64,000 nucleotides of DNA from a virus: IMG/VR virus record IMGVR_UViG_3300029989_000006; one strand, written 5' to 3'. Position numbers and translations under genes: made by a program. Below are positions 20,930 to 30,601 of this stretch, in pieces. The number at the start of each line of letters is the position of its first letter. Position 1 is the first letter of the stretch. The notes below the pieces were generated by a model. It saw nothing but the letters and a program-made list of their open reading frames with translations. It searched no databases and was not told where the DNA came from.

Positions 20930-21468
20930 TTTCTGCCTAGGGTTACCTAGTATTAGGATAATTACAAAATAATTATGGTAACTTGCGTTACCTAACCCAC
21001 AAATTTTTATTTACTAAATCTATAGATTATGAGAACAGTAGTTTTAACTATTCAAGAATTTTTTAATTTTAAACTTTTAGCCAAAAAGTTTCATTTTTGT
21101 TACCAATGTGAAATTAATTCACCAAATGTTAATGTTAGTGCTGATTCAGAAATTCTTAATAATTTAGGATATGAATAGTTATATTTATTTAATAATTTTG
21201 ATGATTGTATACGTAATCATTTCAATAGTTATTAATACAAAAGAAGCTAGACGTGCTCGGGAAAATCATATTAGGGATTTAGAATATCAAATAAAACTTA
21301 TTAATTTAGTTCGTGTCTTAAATGAGTATAAAGAATTTTTAGAAAAACAATATAATGAAGCAATGAATATTGCAAGTATACATCATTATGATTGTACTGA
21401 AGAAAATATACAAAAAGGTATACAACTAAGAGAAAAAATTAAAGAATTGGAATTAAAAATATTTGACA

Positions 21469-22548
21469 ATGAACAAAGCAGTAATTGATTTAGTATTTGG
21501 TGATGGAGGTAAGGGAGTAGTAACTAATTGGTTGGCTATGAAGGATCCTTCTGGTGTAGTTATTCGGTATTCTGGAGGACAGCAAGCAGGGCATACAGTA
21601 GTAAAAGATGGAGTTCACCATGTTTTTTCCAATTTTGGTTCAGGAACTTTAAATGGTAATCCAACTTATTGGTCAGAGTTCTGTACTGTAGATCCAGTTG
21701 GAATTATTAATGAATTAGAATTATTACAGAAAAAAGGATTTACTCCTAATATTATGTATCATTCTAAATGTCCTATTACTACTTCTTTAGAAAAGAAAAG
21801 AAATGAATCCTGCTACCGAGATCATGGTACTTGTGGTGTTGGTGTTGGATTAACTTGGGAGAGGGAATCAAAATTTTATTCATTATTAATGGAAGATTTA
21901 TATCATCCAAAAATTTTTGATATAAAGATTAAAATGATTGAAGAATATTATAATGATAAAGTTAGTGATGTTTTTAGATATTGTGTAGAAAAGCTTATTA
22001 CGTTATCTAACATTATGATTTATGATGATGCATATAAAAGATATAAAAATAAAATATTTGAAAGTTCCCAGGGTTTATTGTTAGATAAAGATTATGGATT
22101 TTTCCCACATGTAACTCGTTCTAATGTTGGAACTACTAATATTTTATCCATGGCTGATGATATGGAAGTTTTTCTTGTGACCAGGGGTTATCAAACAAGA
22201 CATGGTAAAGGTCCGATGACCAATGTTGGACTTCTTCCTACTCTGAATATTAAAAATGTAGAAACTAATGTTTTCAACAAATTTCAAGGAGAATTTCGTG
22301 TATCTTTGTTGGACTTAGATTTATTGAAATATTCTATCGCAAAAGATCCTTATATTAACAAACATAGGGATAATCTCGTAGTAACTTGTTTAGATCAAAT
22401 GGAAAATGATTTTAGAGTAACTCATCGAGGAAATATTTCTAATTTTACTGATAAATTAGAATTTGCTTCATTTATTGGTGAAATACTTGAAGTTTCCAAT
22501 GTATGGATAAACTGTTCTGAAGAATCTAATCTTGAAAAGGTATATTAA
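21469..22548 (+). CDS. divergent adenylosuccinate synthetase-like (PurA family) protein
   Basis: FGDGGKG, RYSGGQQAGHTV, HGTCGVGVG, FESSQGLLLD, FPHVTRS, TRHGKGP. Confidence 0.85.
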   Translation: MNKAVIDLVFGDGGKGVVTNWLAMKDPSGVVIRYSGGQQAGHTVVKDGVHHVFSNFGSGTLNGNPTYWSEFCTVDPVGIINELELLQKKGFTPNIMYHSKCPITTSLEKKRNESCYRDHGTCGVGVGLTWERESKFYSLLMEDLYHPKIFDIKIKMIEEYYNDKVSDVFRYCVEKLITLSNIMIYDDAYKRYKNKIFESSQGLLLDKDYGFFPHVTRSNVGTTNILSMADDMEVFLVTRGYQTRHGKGPMTNVGLLPTLNIKNVETNVFNKFQGEFRVSLLDLDLLKYSIAKDPYINKHRDNLVVTCLDQMENDFRVTHRGNISNFTDKLEFASFIGEILEVSNVWINCSEESNLEKVY

Positions 22549-22562
22549 ATATCTTTAGTAAT

Positions 22563-22633
22563 TGCCCTATAGTATAATGGTAATACGTATCCCTTTGGAG
22601 GATAAGTTTTTAGTTCGAACCTAGGTGGGGTAA
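22563..22633 (+). tRNA. tRNA-Gln(TTG)
   Basis: TATCC-CTTTGGA-GGATA. Confidence 0.8.
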
Positions 22634-22638
22634 CAAAT

Positions 22639-22719
22639 GCTGACGATGGTAAATGGGTTAAATCATGGGTCTGTAAAACCCTCGCTTCGGCTATGGCAGT
22701 TCAAATCTGTCCGGCAGCA
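22639..22719 (+). tRNA. tRNA-Tyr(GTA)
   Basis: GGGT-CTGTAAA-ACCC, variable arm. Confidence 0.75.
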
Positions 22720-23054
22720 CAATATTAATAATTTAAAAGTTCACATAAACTTATTATGTATGATGTATATTTTAACTAGAGAGAATAGCCAGGAATAGCC
22801 CGATCAGCTTTCAGTCCCAGTGTAAACCTGGGCGACGTCCTCGAAGAATCGTTGTAATGGTAATAGTTAAAAATCAAAAAGATCTAGGTAATCAATAGAA
22901 AAATACATGAGAACTGGAAACAAATTAAACTCATTCCTTAATGGTGAATGGGCAAGACACGTGAGGTATTGGGGTAAAAAATTTACATCACGTAAAAGAA
23001 GAACATTAGATAAGAAGTTAATAAGACAATTATTAACAGAATAAAAAAACAAAT

Positions 23055-23168
23055 GGGGAAGTAGCCAAATGGATAGGCAATTGAATTAGGATCAATCAAA
23101 AAAATAAGTAATTTTCTAAGTTACTTACAATACCTACAAAAATGTAAGTTCGAATCTTACCTTCCCCA
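23055..23168 (+). ncRNA. tRNA-Leu(TAG)-like scaffold with helix-ACAAU module in the variable region
   Basis: GGGGAAG/CTTCCCC, ATTGA-ATTAGGA-TCAAT, insert AAGTAATT/AGTTACTT-ACAATACC. Confidence 0.75.
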
Positions 23169-23174
23169 CAAAAT

Positions 23175-23249
23175 AGTCGTTTAGCTCAGTTGATTTAGAG
23201 CATTTGTTTTACACACAAAAGGTCACTGGTTTGAATCCAGTCACGACTA
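23175..23249 (+). tRNA. tRNA-Val(TAC)
   Basis: TTTGT-TTTACAC-ACAAA. Confidence 0.85.
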
Positions 23250-23269
23250 CAAAAAATTCGAAAAAACAT

Positions 23270-23380
23270 GGGGGACAAGCCGACGGTAGGCATCAAATCT
23301 TGAAATTTTGACAAAAAATTAGTAACTTCGAAAGTTACTTACAATACCTTTAAAATGTGGTTCGACTCCACGTTCCCCCA
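23270..23380 (+). ncRNA. tRNA-Ser(TGA)-like scaffold with helix-ACAAU module in the variable region
   Basis: GGGGGAC/GTTCCCC, CTTGAAA loop, insert AGTAACTT-CGA-AAGTTACT-TACAATACC, GTGG-TTCGACT-CCAC. Confidence 0.75.
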
Positions 23381-23384
23381 CAAC

Positions 23385-23446
23385 AAGACACTTACAATAA
23401 TTTATAAATAAATCACTTCAATTATGTAATTAAATTTCAGTGTCTT
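23385..23446 (+). ncRNA. helix-ACAAU module, terminal-stem form
   Basis: AAGACACT-TACAAT...AGTGTCTT. Confidence 0.65.
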
Positions 23447-23455
23447 CAACTTATT

Positions 23456-23511
23456 AAGTTACTTACAATAAATATACTTTAAATTTTTGGTAAATTAAAA
23501 TCAAGTAACTT
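23456..23511 (+). ncRNA. helix-ACAAU module, terminal-stem form
   Basis: AAGTTACTT-ACAAT...AAGTAACTT. Confidence 0.65.
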
Positions 23512-23572
23512 CCCACACAAGACATTAAATATGTCTTTTTATTATGTGTTTATTATTAATACTTTAGAACTT

Positions 23573-25405
23573 ATGTTGCAAGTAAAAACAAAAAAGAATG
23601 ACAATCCATTCTATGGAATGAGAAATTGTCTAAATTTATTTCAGAATGCAGGGAAAGGAACAATTTCCACTGTACTACTTGATGCATGTTGGAATGAGGT
23701 TAAGAACAGCAAAGAGGGCAAAGAGATGTTCTTCTCAATGTTATTCTCCATTGGAGATATAACAGCGAGAAAACATAATATCTTTGGTGCTGCTAAACCA
23801 GATTCTGGCGGTAATGCTGCAAGAGAGAACTTCAGAACTATAATGAATTGGATGAAGAAAACTTCATCAAAACAATTTACTAAGTTCATGAATGCAAGAT
23901 TGTTTAATGAGTTTACCTCGTTTGATAATCTATTAGCTATGAGAATAAAAACCGTAGCTAAATCAAAGAAAATAATTGGTATTATTGACCAAGTTGCTGG
24001 TAATGATGATATTGCAAAATATATTGCATATATTATTCAACATGGAAATCCTTTTGATAAATTCTTAGTGGCTAAGTTTTTATCACGTCCACGTCTTTCT
24101 AAAAGATCTAAACATAAAGTATTACTGCCAGAAACAAAGACAATAATGAAAGCCAAAGAGGAGTTCATTAAAAAGATTTGTGATATCTTAGGTTTTGCTT
24201 ATGAGAAAAGAAATGGTTATATTCACTTTACTGATTTCTATAACTGGAAAAAGGAGTACAATGGAGAATTAGAAAGTGTTTTGTTTTCCTCAGGGAAGAT
24301 TAAAGAGTTTGATCAACAAGGTTTCCTTGCTTGGTTGGATAAACTTCCTTCTTCTGCTCGCTTCAGGGTAAGATGTCGTGTGTTAAAAGCTGACAATACT
24401 GTTAAAGACAAATGGGGACCGATTGGTACCTGGTTTCTTGAATGGGAAAAATTCAAGGAAGGTAAACAAACAGAACAACGTGTTATCGAGGAAAAAGTCC
24501 GTCAGGGAACTGCTACTGAAAAGGAAGTAGTTAAACTTGAGCAGGTTAAGAAAGAAGCTAAGGTTACTGTTGGTGCAGTTAATTTTACTCAACTCTTTAA
24601 AGAAATCCTTACCAATACAGCCGATTTGTTAAAAATTCAGCCGTTCTTGGATAAAGTAAATCTTCCATACAATACTTTGATATTTGCAGATGATTCTGGT
24701 TCTATGCAAAGTAATTGGGGTTGGAGTTCTTCTCATGGATATACTCCATTTGATATGGCAGCATTCATTGCTACTATTTGTATTATGAAGAACCCTGATG
24801 ACACTGGTAGAAGCTTGATGGGACTATTCTCAATAGGTACACGAATGTTTACTGGTATTGATTCTGTAAGAATTTCACCAAATTCTTTCATGAAGGGAAG
24901 TGTAAGGAATATTGCTGCACCATTCTATAGTCCTCAACTAGATTTTAAACAAAATCTGGAGAATATGAGAGGTTTCTTAAAAGCCCATCAAACTGGTAAT
25001 AGTACTAACATCGCTTCTATCCCTGAAGCAATTCATGCTTGGACAAAAGGAGATAGTGCTTTAATTGAGCAACTACAAAATTTCCCTGTTTGGACTATTA
25101 TTACTGATGGTAATTTTAATCAAATGGGTAATGCTACTGCATCTATTGGGGATTTCATGAAGAAGTGTGAAAAATACTTCGGATTTAGACCTTATATTGT
25201 TGCAATTGATGTATCTGAGAGCAGTTCACAGATGGCAGAAAACTTCTCAGGAGTGGAGAACTTTATGTTCCTTCCACCAAATCCTGCACAAATTGAACAA
25301 TTCTTAACGAATTTTAAAGATATTGATGTTATGGATGTTTATACACCATTACAATCAATTCATCGTTCTAACCGTTATGAATTGGTAAGAGCAAATGTTT
25401 TATAA
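23573..25405 (+). CDS. DUF2828/TROVE(Ro60)-like helical domain plus C-terminal vWA protein
   Basis: CLNLF...LFSIGDIT...GGNAARENFR..MNWM N-terminal pattern; vWA LIFADDSGSM, STNI, PVWTIITDGNFN; start 23573 preferred because 23531 lies inside a hairpin. Confidence 0.7.
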   Translation: MLQVKTKKNDNPFYGMRNCLNLFQNAGKGTISTVLLDACWNEVKNSKEGKEMFFSMLFSIGDITARKHNIFGAAKPDSGGNAARENFRTIMNWMKKTSSKQFTKFMNARLFNEFTSFDNLLAMRIKTVAKSKKIIGIIDQVAGNDDIAKYIAYIIQHGNPFDKFLVAKFLSRPRLSKRSKHKVLLPETKTIMKAKEEFIKKICDILGFAYEKRNGYIHFTDFYNWKKEYNGELESVLFSSGKIKEFDQQGFLAWLDKLPSSARFRVRCRVLKADNTVKDKWGPIGTWFLEWEKFKEGKQTEQRVIEEKVRQGTATEKEVVKLEQVKKEAKVTVGAVNFTQLFKEILTNTADLLKIQPFLDKVNLPYNTLIFADDSGSMQSNWGWSSSHGYTPFDMAAFIATICIMKNPDDTGRSLMGLFSIGTRMFTGIDSVRISPNSFMKGSVRNIAAPFYSPQLDFKQNLENMRGFLKAHQTGNSTNIASIPEAIHAWTKGDSALIEQLQNFPVWTIITDGNFNQMGNATASIGDFMKKCEKYFGFRPYIVAIDVSESSSQMAENFSGVENFMFLPPNPAQIEQFLTNFKDIDVMDVYTPLQSIHRSNRYELVRANVL

Positions 25406-25422
25406 TTTATAAATAATTAAAA

Positions 25423-25881
25423 ATGAGAATTAATTTTACAACAGAACATCAAGTAAGGTTGCAAACCCTTGCTTTAGGTATGCTCTTCGGAGGTACTAAG
25501 GTAAAAGGATTAATTGGCACAGAGATTAATGTGTATCAATTGATCAATGAAACTACTATACAGACGTTAACAACGCTTTATGGTAATCTAAAAAAAGAAT
25601 TGGATAAAATCCAGTCTTTGGATGAGTGGTCAATGACTGAATATCAACAAAGAAAAGCAGAGGAATTAAAAACCGTTGCTGAATTGGTAAATCTTACCAT
25701 TGGTTATAAACGTCACCAGGCTCAACTTTATCAAGAAAAAGCTGAAATTTCAGAGTTGAAAGCTCAATTGAAACAGCTTAAAGAATCTACTCTTACTCCT
25801 GCTGATCGTATTGCAGCTCTTGAAAAACAGATCCAAGGTATGGGTGGGGATATTGAAGCAGAACCTGCAAAAGTAGAATAA
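25423..25881 (+). CDS. coiled-coil hypothetical protein
   Basis: 152 aa directly downstream of the vWA gene. Confidence 0.75.
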   Translation: MRINFTTEHQVRLQTLALGMLFGGTKVKGLIGTEINVYQLINETTIQTLTTLYGNLKKELDKIQSLDEWSMTEYQQRKAEELKTVAELVNLTIGYKRHQAQLYQEKAEISELKAQLKQLKESTLTPADRIAALEKQIQGMGGDIEAEPAKVE

Positions 25882-25892
25882 ATAAAAAAGAT

Positions 25893-25999
25893 AGGATACT
25901 TACAAAATACAAATTACGTTTAGCTCAGTTGGTAGAGCATCCGCCTTAAAAGCAGAGTGTAATTGGTTCAATTCCAATAATGTAAGCCGAAAGTATCCT
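25893..25999 (+). ncRNA. helix-ACAA module enclosing a complete cloverleaf (TAA loop)
   Basis: AGGATACTT-ACAAAAT...AAGTATCCT around TTACGTT/AATGTAA cloverleaf 25914-25985. Confidence 0.75.
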
Positions 26000-26023
26000 T
26001 CTTTTTAACCTTAAAAAAATATT

Positions 26024-26563
26024 ATGCGAAATATAGAACAATATGGTAATGAATTAACAATTACTGGAGTTTTAGTTGGTAATGCTAAAGAGACTGAAAT
26101 AATTATGTTTCCAAGTGAAGTACTTTATTCCCCAGTAGTTTCCACCCTTTATCCAACTCAAGAAGAATTGTTAAAAATATTCAATCAAATGGATACTTTA
26201 GCAATTACTAATAATGCTAAGGTTGTTCTTCGTAAATCTCAAAGACAAATTGATCAAGATATTTCTTGGCAAGTCTTTAGAAGAGATGATTTTACCTGTG
26301 CATATTGTGGTAATAATCATACTCCAATGACAGTAGATCATTTAGTTCTTTGGGAAAACTTAGGAGATTCTGTTCCTGGTAATTTATTATCAGCTTGTAG
26401 AAAATGTAATAAGACTAGAGGAAATCAACCATTGGATGAATTCTTAGAATCATATTATTACAAAACATTGCCTAAACATGGATATGGATTATTAAAAGAA
26501 ACAATTTTGATAATGTATGAAAAAGCAAAACAATTACCTTTAAGAAAAGAAAGGTCAAGATAA
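26024..26563 (+). CDS. HNH nuclease (standard code)
   Basis: VFRRDDFTCAYCG...TVDHL...NLLSACRKCNKTRG. Confidence 0.85.
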   Translation: MRNIEQYGNELTITGVLVGNAKETEIIMFPSEVLYSPVVSTLYPTQEELLKIFNQMDTLAITNNAKVVLRKSQRQIDQDISWQVFRRDDFTCAYCGNNHTPMTVDHLVLWENLGDSVPGNLLSACRKCNKTRGNQPLDEFLESYYYKTLPKHGYGLLKETILIMYEKAKQLPLRKERSR

Positions 26564-26571
26564 AATTAAAC

Positions 26572-26684
26572 AAGTTACTTACAATCCTTCCAAATTTGTA
26601 TTTTTAGCTCAGTTGGTTGAGCGAAAAACTGTTAATTTTTAGGTCGTCGGTTCAACTCCGACAAAATACGTCATAAAGTAATTT
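26572..26684 (+). ncRNA. helix-ACAAU module enclosing a tRNA-Asn(GTT)-like cloverleaf
   Basis: AAGTTACTT-ACAAT...AAGTAATTT around TGTATTT/AAATACG cloverleaf 26597-26670. Confidence 0.75.
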
Positions 26685-26703
26685 TTTATTCAAAAACAAA
26701 ATG

Positions 26704-26790
26704 GGGGGGAACACTTCGGTTAGTGATCTAGTATCTAAGATTAGATACTTATAATACATTAAAAATTGGGTTCGATTCCCAGTTCCCCCG
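26704..26790 (+). ncRNA. tRNA-like scaffold with anticodon arm replaced by helix-AUAAU module
   Basis: GGGGGAA/TTCCCCC, TGGG-TTCGATT-CCCA T-arm, AGTATCTA-AGAT-TAGATACT-TATAATAC. Confidence 0.7.
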
Positions 26791-26794
26791 CGAC

Positions 26795-26863
26795 AAGACA
26801 CATACAATTAATTAAGAGTTCTATCAGAACACTTGCCTGTTAAGCAAACAAAATTTGTGTCTT
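26795..26863 (+). ncRNA. helix-ACAAU module enclosing an isolated anticodon-like hairpin
   Basis: AAGACACA-TACAAT...TGTGTCTT; internal TTGC-CTGTTAA-GCAA. Confidence 0.65.
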
Positions 26864-27762
26864 TCAACTAATAAATTATAGCATGAAAACAATAATGCTT
26901 GAAATAACTCTTGATTACATGGGACAACATGGTCAAGAGAAAGAAGTAACAGAGTTGGTCAACCAAGGAGAAATTCTTGAATGTCTAACTTCTGAAGTAA
27001 AATATTTAATTTTAAAAGATGAGTAAAGTTTTAGCAAAAGTTAAGATTGAGTTTGAAGTTACAGATGAACTTCTTAAAGAAAGAAATGTGGAAGAGCTTT
27101 TTAATACAAGTTCTATAGAAGAAAGAGAAGAATATCTAATGGATTGCATTGTTGATTATATTATAATGGGTATAGATCTTTATGAAAAAGTTAAATTTAA
27201 TTTAGAAGAAAAGGATGGAAAATGAAAAAGATAAGAGGTTTGTATTATATATTATTATACTATTTGTGGTTATGGTAGTATATGGATATTTAGGTTATTT
27301 ATCATTAATGTTATAAAGTTTTGATGATACATTGGTATAATGGTTTTGCATTAATAATAATACTTATTTTATTAAACTTCACCTTTAAAGATCATTCTGA
27401 TGGAGGCAGTAGCTATGGTGATATAAGCATTCTTGTAAATGTATTTTGGTGTCTAATACTTCTATTGTTTTTAGCAATATGGGGTGGAATATTTTGGTGG
27501 TAAATTTTAATTAAAACTATATGAATTTAGAAACTAAACTTAAATTTGAACAATTAAAAGAAAAAGCTTTTAAGGTTCCTTCGTTTGGAATCGCTTATGA
27601 ATCTATGAGAAGTAGAATCTACAGTGATTATGATATTTTTGATGGATTAACTGAATTAGAATTTCCTCCTTATATTATTTTGCTTATTGGAGATTTATTA
27701 ATACAAGAAGATCAAGAGAATATTCTTAAGAGTACTTCTTTAAAAGATTTAAAGAATTAGTT

Positions 27763-28263
27763 ATGGGAAGACCTAATAAACGATATGAAACAGAGGATGG
27801 TCCAATATTTGCTTCAAGATCTATAACAGTTAATGCTATTATTCTGAATTTTATAAAAAGTTGTACTGGTTTTAATACTTATGTTGTATTAACAAGGAGA
27901 TCACAATTTATGATGGATTCTCCAGGAAAATGGTGTATTCCATCTGGATATCTTGATTGGGATGAAACTATTTATGAAGCAACTATTAGAGAAGTAAAAG
28001 AAGAAATTGGTTTGGATTTAAATGAATTAATAGATAATTTCTACACTGAATTAAATTTTAAAATTAATGATGTACCAATAAGAAAACAAAACATAGAATT
28101 TTCTTCTATATTTTGGATTGATAATCTTAATTTAAATGATTTTAATTTTAAGTTAGATCCTTTAGAAGTTGCTGAAGTAAAATTAGTACATGTGGAAGAT
28201 TTACATATGTATGATATTGCATTTGATCATGCAGATCTTATTAGAGAAGCTGCAGAAATATAA
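27763..28263 (+). CDS. NUDIX hydrolase
   Basis: Nudix box GYLDWDETIYEATIREVKEEIGL; C-terminal AFDH. Confidence 0.9.
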   Translation: MGRPNKRYETEDGPIFASRSITVNAIILNFIKSCTGFNTYVVLTRRSQFMMDSPGKWCIPSGYLDWDETIYEATIREVKEEIGLDLNELIDNFYTELNFKINDVPIRKQNIEFSSIFWIDNLNLNDFNFKLDPLEVAEVKLVHVEDLHMYDIAFDHADLIREAAEI

Positions 28264-28272
28264 TAGTAAAAT

Positions 28273-28353
28273 ACCCTGATGTTGGAATGGTAGACAGGGC
28301 AGCCTTAGAAACTGTTGCCGAAGGGCGTGTGGGTTCGATACCCACTTGGGGTA
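28273..28353 (+). tRNA. tRNA-Leu(TAG)
   Basis: CTTAGAA loop, variable arm, GTGGG-TTCGATA-CCCAC. Confidence 0.8.
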
Positions 28354-28608
28354 CGAGGGGTTGACATTCCTCAAAAATTGTTCTAATGAACACGCCATCT
28401 TCGTTGTAAGAGAGATTGGACTTGTAGTTTTCACATCAGAGAAACTACTGTAACTTAACAAACAACGGAAGGTTTGTTAGAGGCAATGCAAGTGATATGT
28501 CTCAAAGATTCGTCATCAAACACTTGCACCTAACTAAGAGGGGAATAGTCCTAGGACACTGTCCCTTCTTAGTTATAAATTATCTTACTAATAAAGTAAG
28601 GTTTAAAT

Positions 28609-28679
28609 GGCGGGTTCGTCTATCGGTAGGACGTCAGGTTTTCAACCTGCAAAGACGGGTTCGACTCCCGTACTCGCTA
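28609..28679 (+). tRNA. tRNA-Glu(TTC)
   Basis: CAGG-TTTTCAA-CCTG. Confidence 0.85.
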
Positions 28680-29485
28680 CAAATTTCTAATTTATAAATA
28701 TGTTATCAGATTGTTTAAAATGTTGGGATACACCATGTAGTTGTGGTTGGGAATACAAAGATTATAAGCCAAATAATTTAAGTGTTTTTATTGCTAAAAT
28801 TGTTCAGTATCGAGCTAAACAAGAAGCAATTGAAATAATTGCTACAGCTTTAGATTTAGTTGCAACAAATACAAATTTTATAGAGAAAAACAATGAGTTG
28901 GGGAATTGATTTTACAGCAAATATTTTTTTAAGTAGACAGGATTACAATAAGAATGAAAGTCTTGTAAAAGATAAAATAAATGAAGAAGATATAGAAATT
29001 AGTAATATAAAGATGAAATTGGCAATGTTAGTTGGTGCTACTCCTAATACTATAATTGGTGAGGAATGGAAAGATGATATTCTTAATGGTATTACTAATG
29101 AACTAATTATATTGTTGGATGATTTACAAGAATTGCTCGTTGATAAATATAAATTAGTATTATATTTAAAATATTTAGATAATAAATAAAAAGAATTTTA
29201 AAATATTTTCGTGACTGAAAATTGTTTTTCATAGATTTTCAAGAAAAAATCTATCTGTCAGGTTGATAACCTGACGTAGATACCCTTTGTCAGGGAAATA
29301 ATCTTTTAAATTGATGGATAAGAGATGTGCACAATCTTTATCTATCAATTTATTATAAAATATTAAAATGTTGTCCCTTGAGAAAGGAAAGTTTATGTTC
29401 AGAAGTAGAGGGTTTGTTACTTAATTGGCTACAATTATGTTGCAGCGACTCCTTACAACATTTAGTGGCTTCTCACCACTTATTT

Positions 29486-29559
29486 GCCCCTATAGCTCAG
29501 CTGGTTAGAGCGTTTGTTTTGTACTCAAAAGGTCGTCGGTTCGAGTCCGGCATGGGGCT
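29486..29559 (+). tRNA. tRNA-Thr(TGT)
   Basis: TTTG(T)-TTTGTAC-(T)CAAA, canonical D and T arms. Confidence 0.8.
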
Positions 29560-29864
29560 CAAGTTTAATTATTAAATTTAAAATTATGAAAAAGATTGAA
29601 GTTGTTTTTATCGTGTCTGATGATCTTTATAACGCAGAATTTAAAGAAGATGCAGAAACTCTTGTAGAGGAAATTGTTAGTGAAATGTTAGATGATTATC
29701 CCGGAGAACATTTAGAAATGACATTATCTATAACGGATATTTAAAATTATAGTGTCAATCCTACACTATCTTAGGGTTTTATCTTAAAATGGGGTAAGAT
29801 TACCGCAGGTTCTATAGAGAAGAAACCGAAAAATCTAGTCAAAACAGTACACTTTGGCGAATTT

Positions 29865-29936
29865 GCAGGATATAGCTTAATTGATAAAGCATCTGGCCTC
29901 CAACCAGAGGAAGCGGTTTGAGTCCGATATTCTGCT
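29865..29936 (+). tRNA. tRNA-Gly(TCC)
   Basis: TCTGG-CCTCCAA-CCAGA, GCAGGAT/ATTCTGC, U73. Confidence 0.75.
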
Positions 29937-30004
29937 CTATAGAGGGGAAACTATTAAAAGTCACCGCGTTTTAACCTTTTTCGAAATGAAAATAAAAGGT
30001 AACT

Positions 30005-30030
30005 GGAAGAATACTCAAGTGGTTAAGAGG
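30005..30030 (+). pseudogene. orphan 5' half of a tRNA-Ser
   Basis: GGAAGAATACTCAAGTGGTTAAGAGG directly upstream of the endonuclease. Confidence 0.6.
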
Positions 30031-30047
30031 ATTATTAATAAGTAAAA

Positions 30048-30512
30048 ATGAATACAAAAAGGATTGGAAATGTGGGAGAGGCAGTGACTATTGCAGAATT
30101 TGTAAAAAGACAAATTCCAATATATGTTTCTTTCGGGGAAAATGAGCATTGTGATTTAATTGCAGATTTTAATGGTAAATTAAATAGAGTTCAATGTAAA
30201 ACTTCTCAAATAATAAAAGATAATAAATTAATTTGAAGTATCTCCACTACTACAACTGGAGTGGGTGGTAAAGCAACTAGATATAAATATACCAAAGATG
30301 ATGTAGATTATTTTGCGTTATATAATATAGAAGCAAATTTGTTATTATTAGTTTCCATTGATTCCATTTTAAATGATACTTATATAAGTTTTAATTATCC
30401 TTTTAAAAAGAATACAAATGGAGCAATTGCCCACAATTGAGAAGAATTTATTTTAGAAAAAGTAATAAATATGGAGAGTATAATCAGTGAGGATACTGAG
30501 ACTGCCTGCTAA
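30048..30512 (+). CDS. PD-(D/E)XK endonuclease with 2 in-frame TGA codons; 3' end overlaps tRNA-Ser
   Basis: GNVGE...CDLIAD...RVQCKT...DVDYFALY; TGA at 30234 and 30438; TAA falls in the tRNA anticodon loop. Confidence 0.8.
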
Positions 30513-30559
30513 GCAGATCGTTCATGCAAATGGATCCATGTCGGATATGGATCTCTCCT
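30473..30559 (+). tRNA. tRNA-Ser(GCT), atypical D and T loops
   Basis: GGAGAG/CTCTCC, CTGC-CTGCTAA-GCAG, variable arm. Confidence 0.65.
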
Positions 30560-30601
30560 CGATGTTATGTTTATGTTAATATTAAAAATGAAAAGTAGAA
30601 A

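Noticed and set aside
21469-22548. PurZ (2-aminoadenine DNA pathway)
   Set aside because: Keeps Asp in GDGGKG whereas PurZ has Ser (GSTGKG); no DatZ or MazZ recognised nearby.
23106-26863. CRISPR array from the recurring TACTTACAAT repeats
   Set aside because: Copies are short, irregularly spaced, covary as helices and no cas genes are present.
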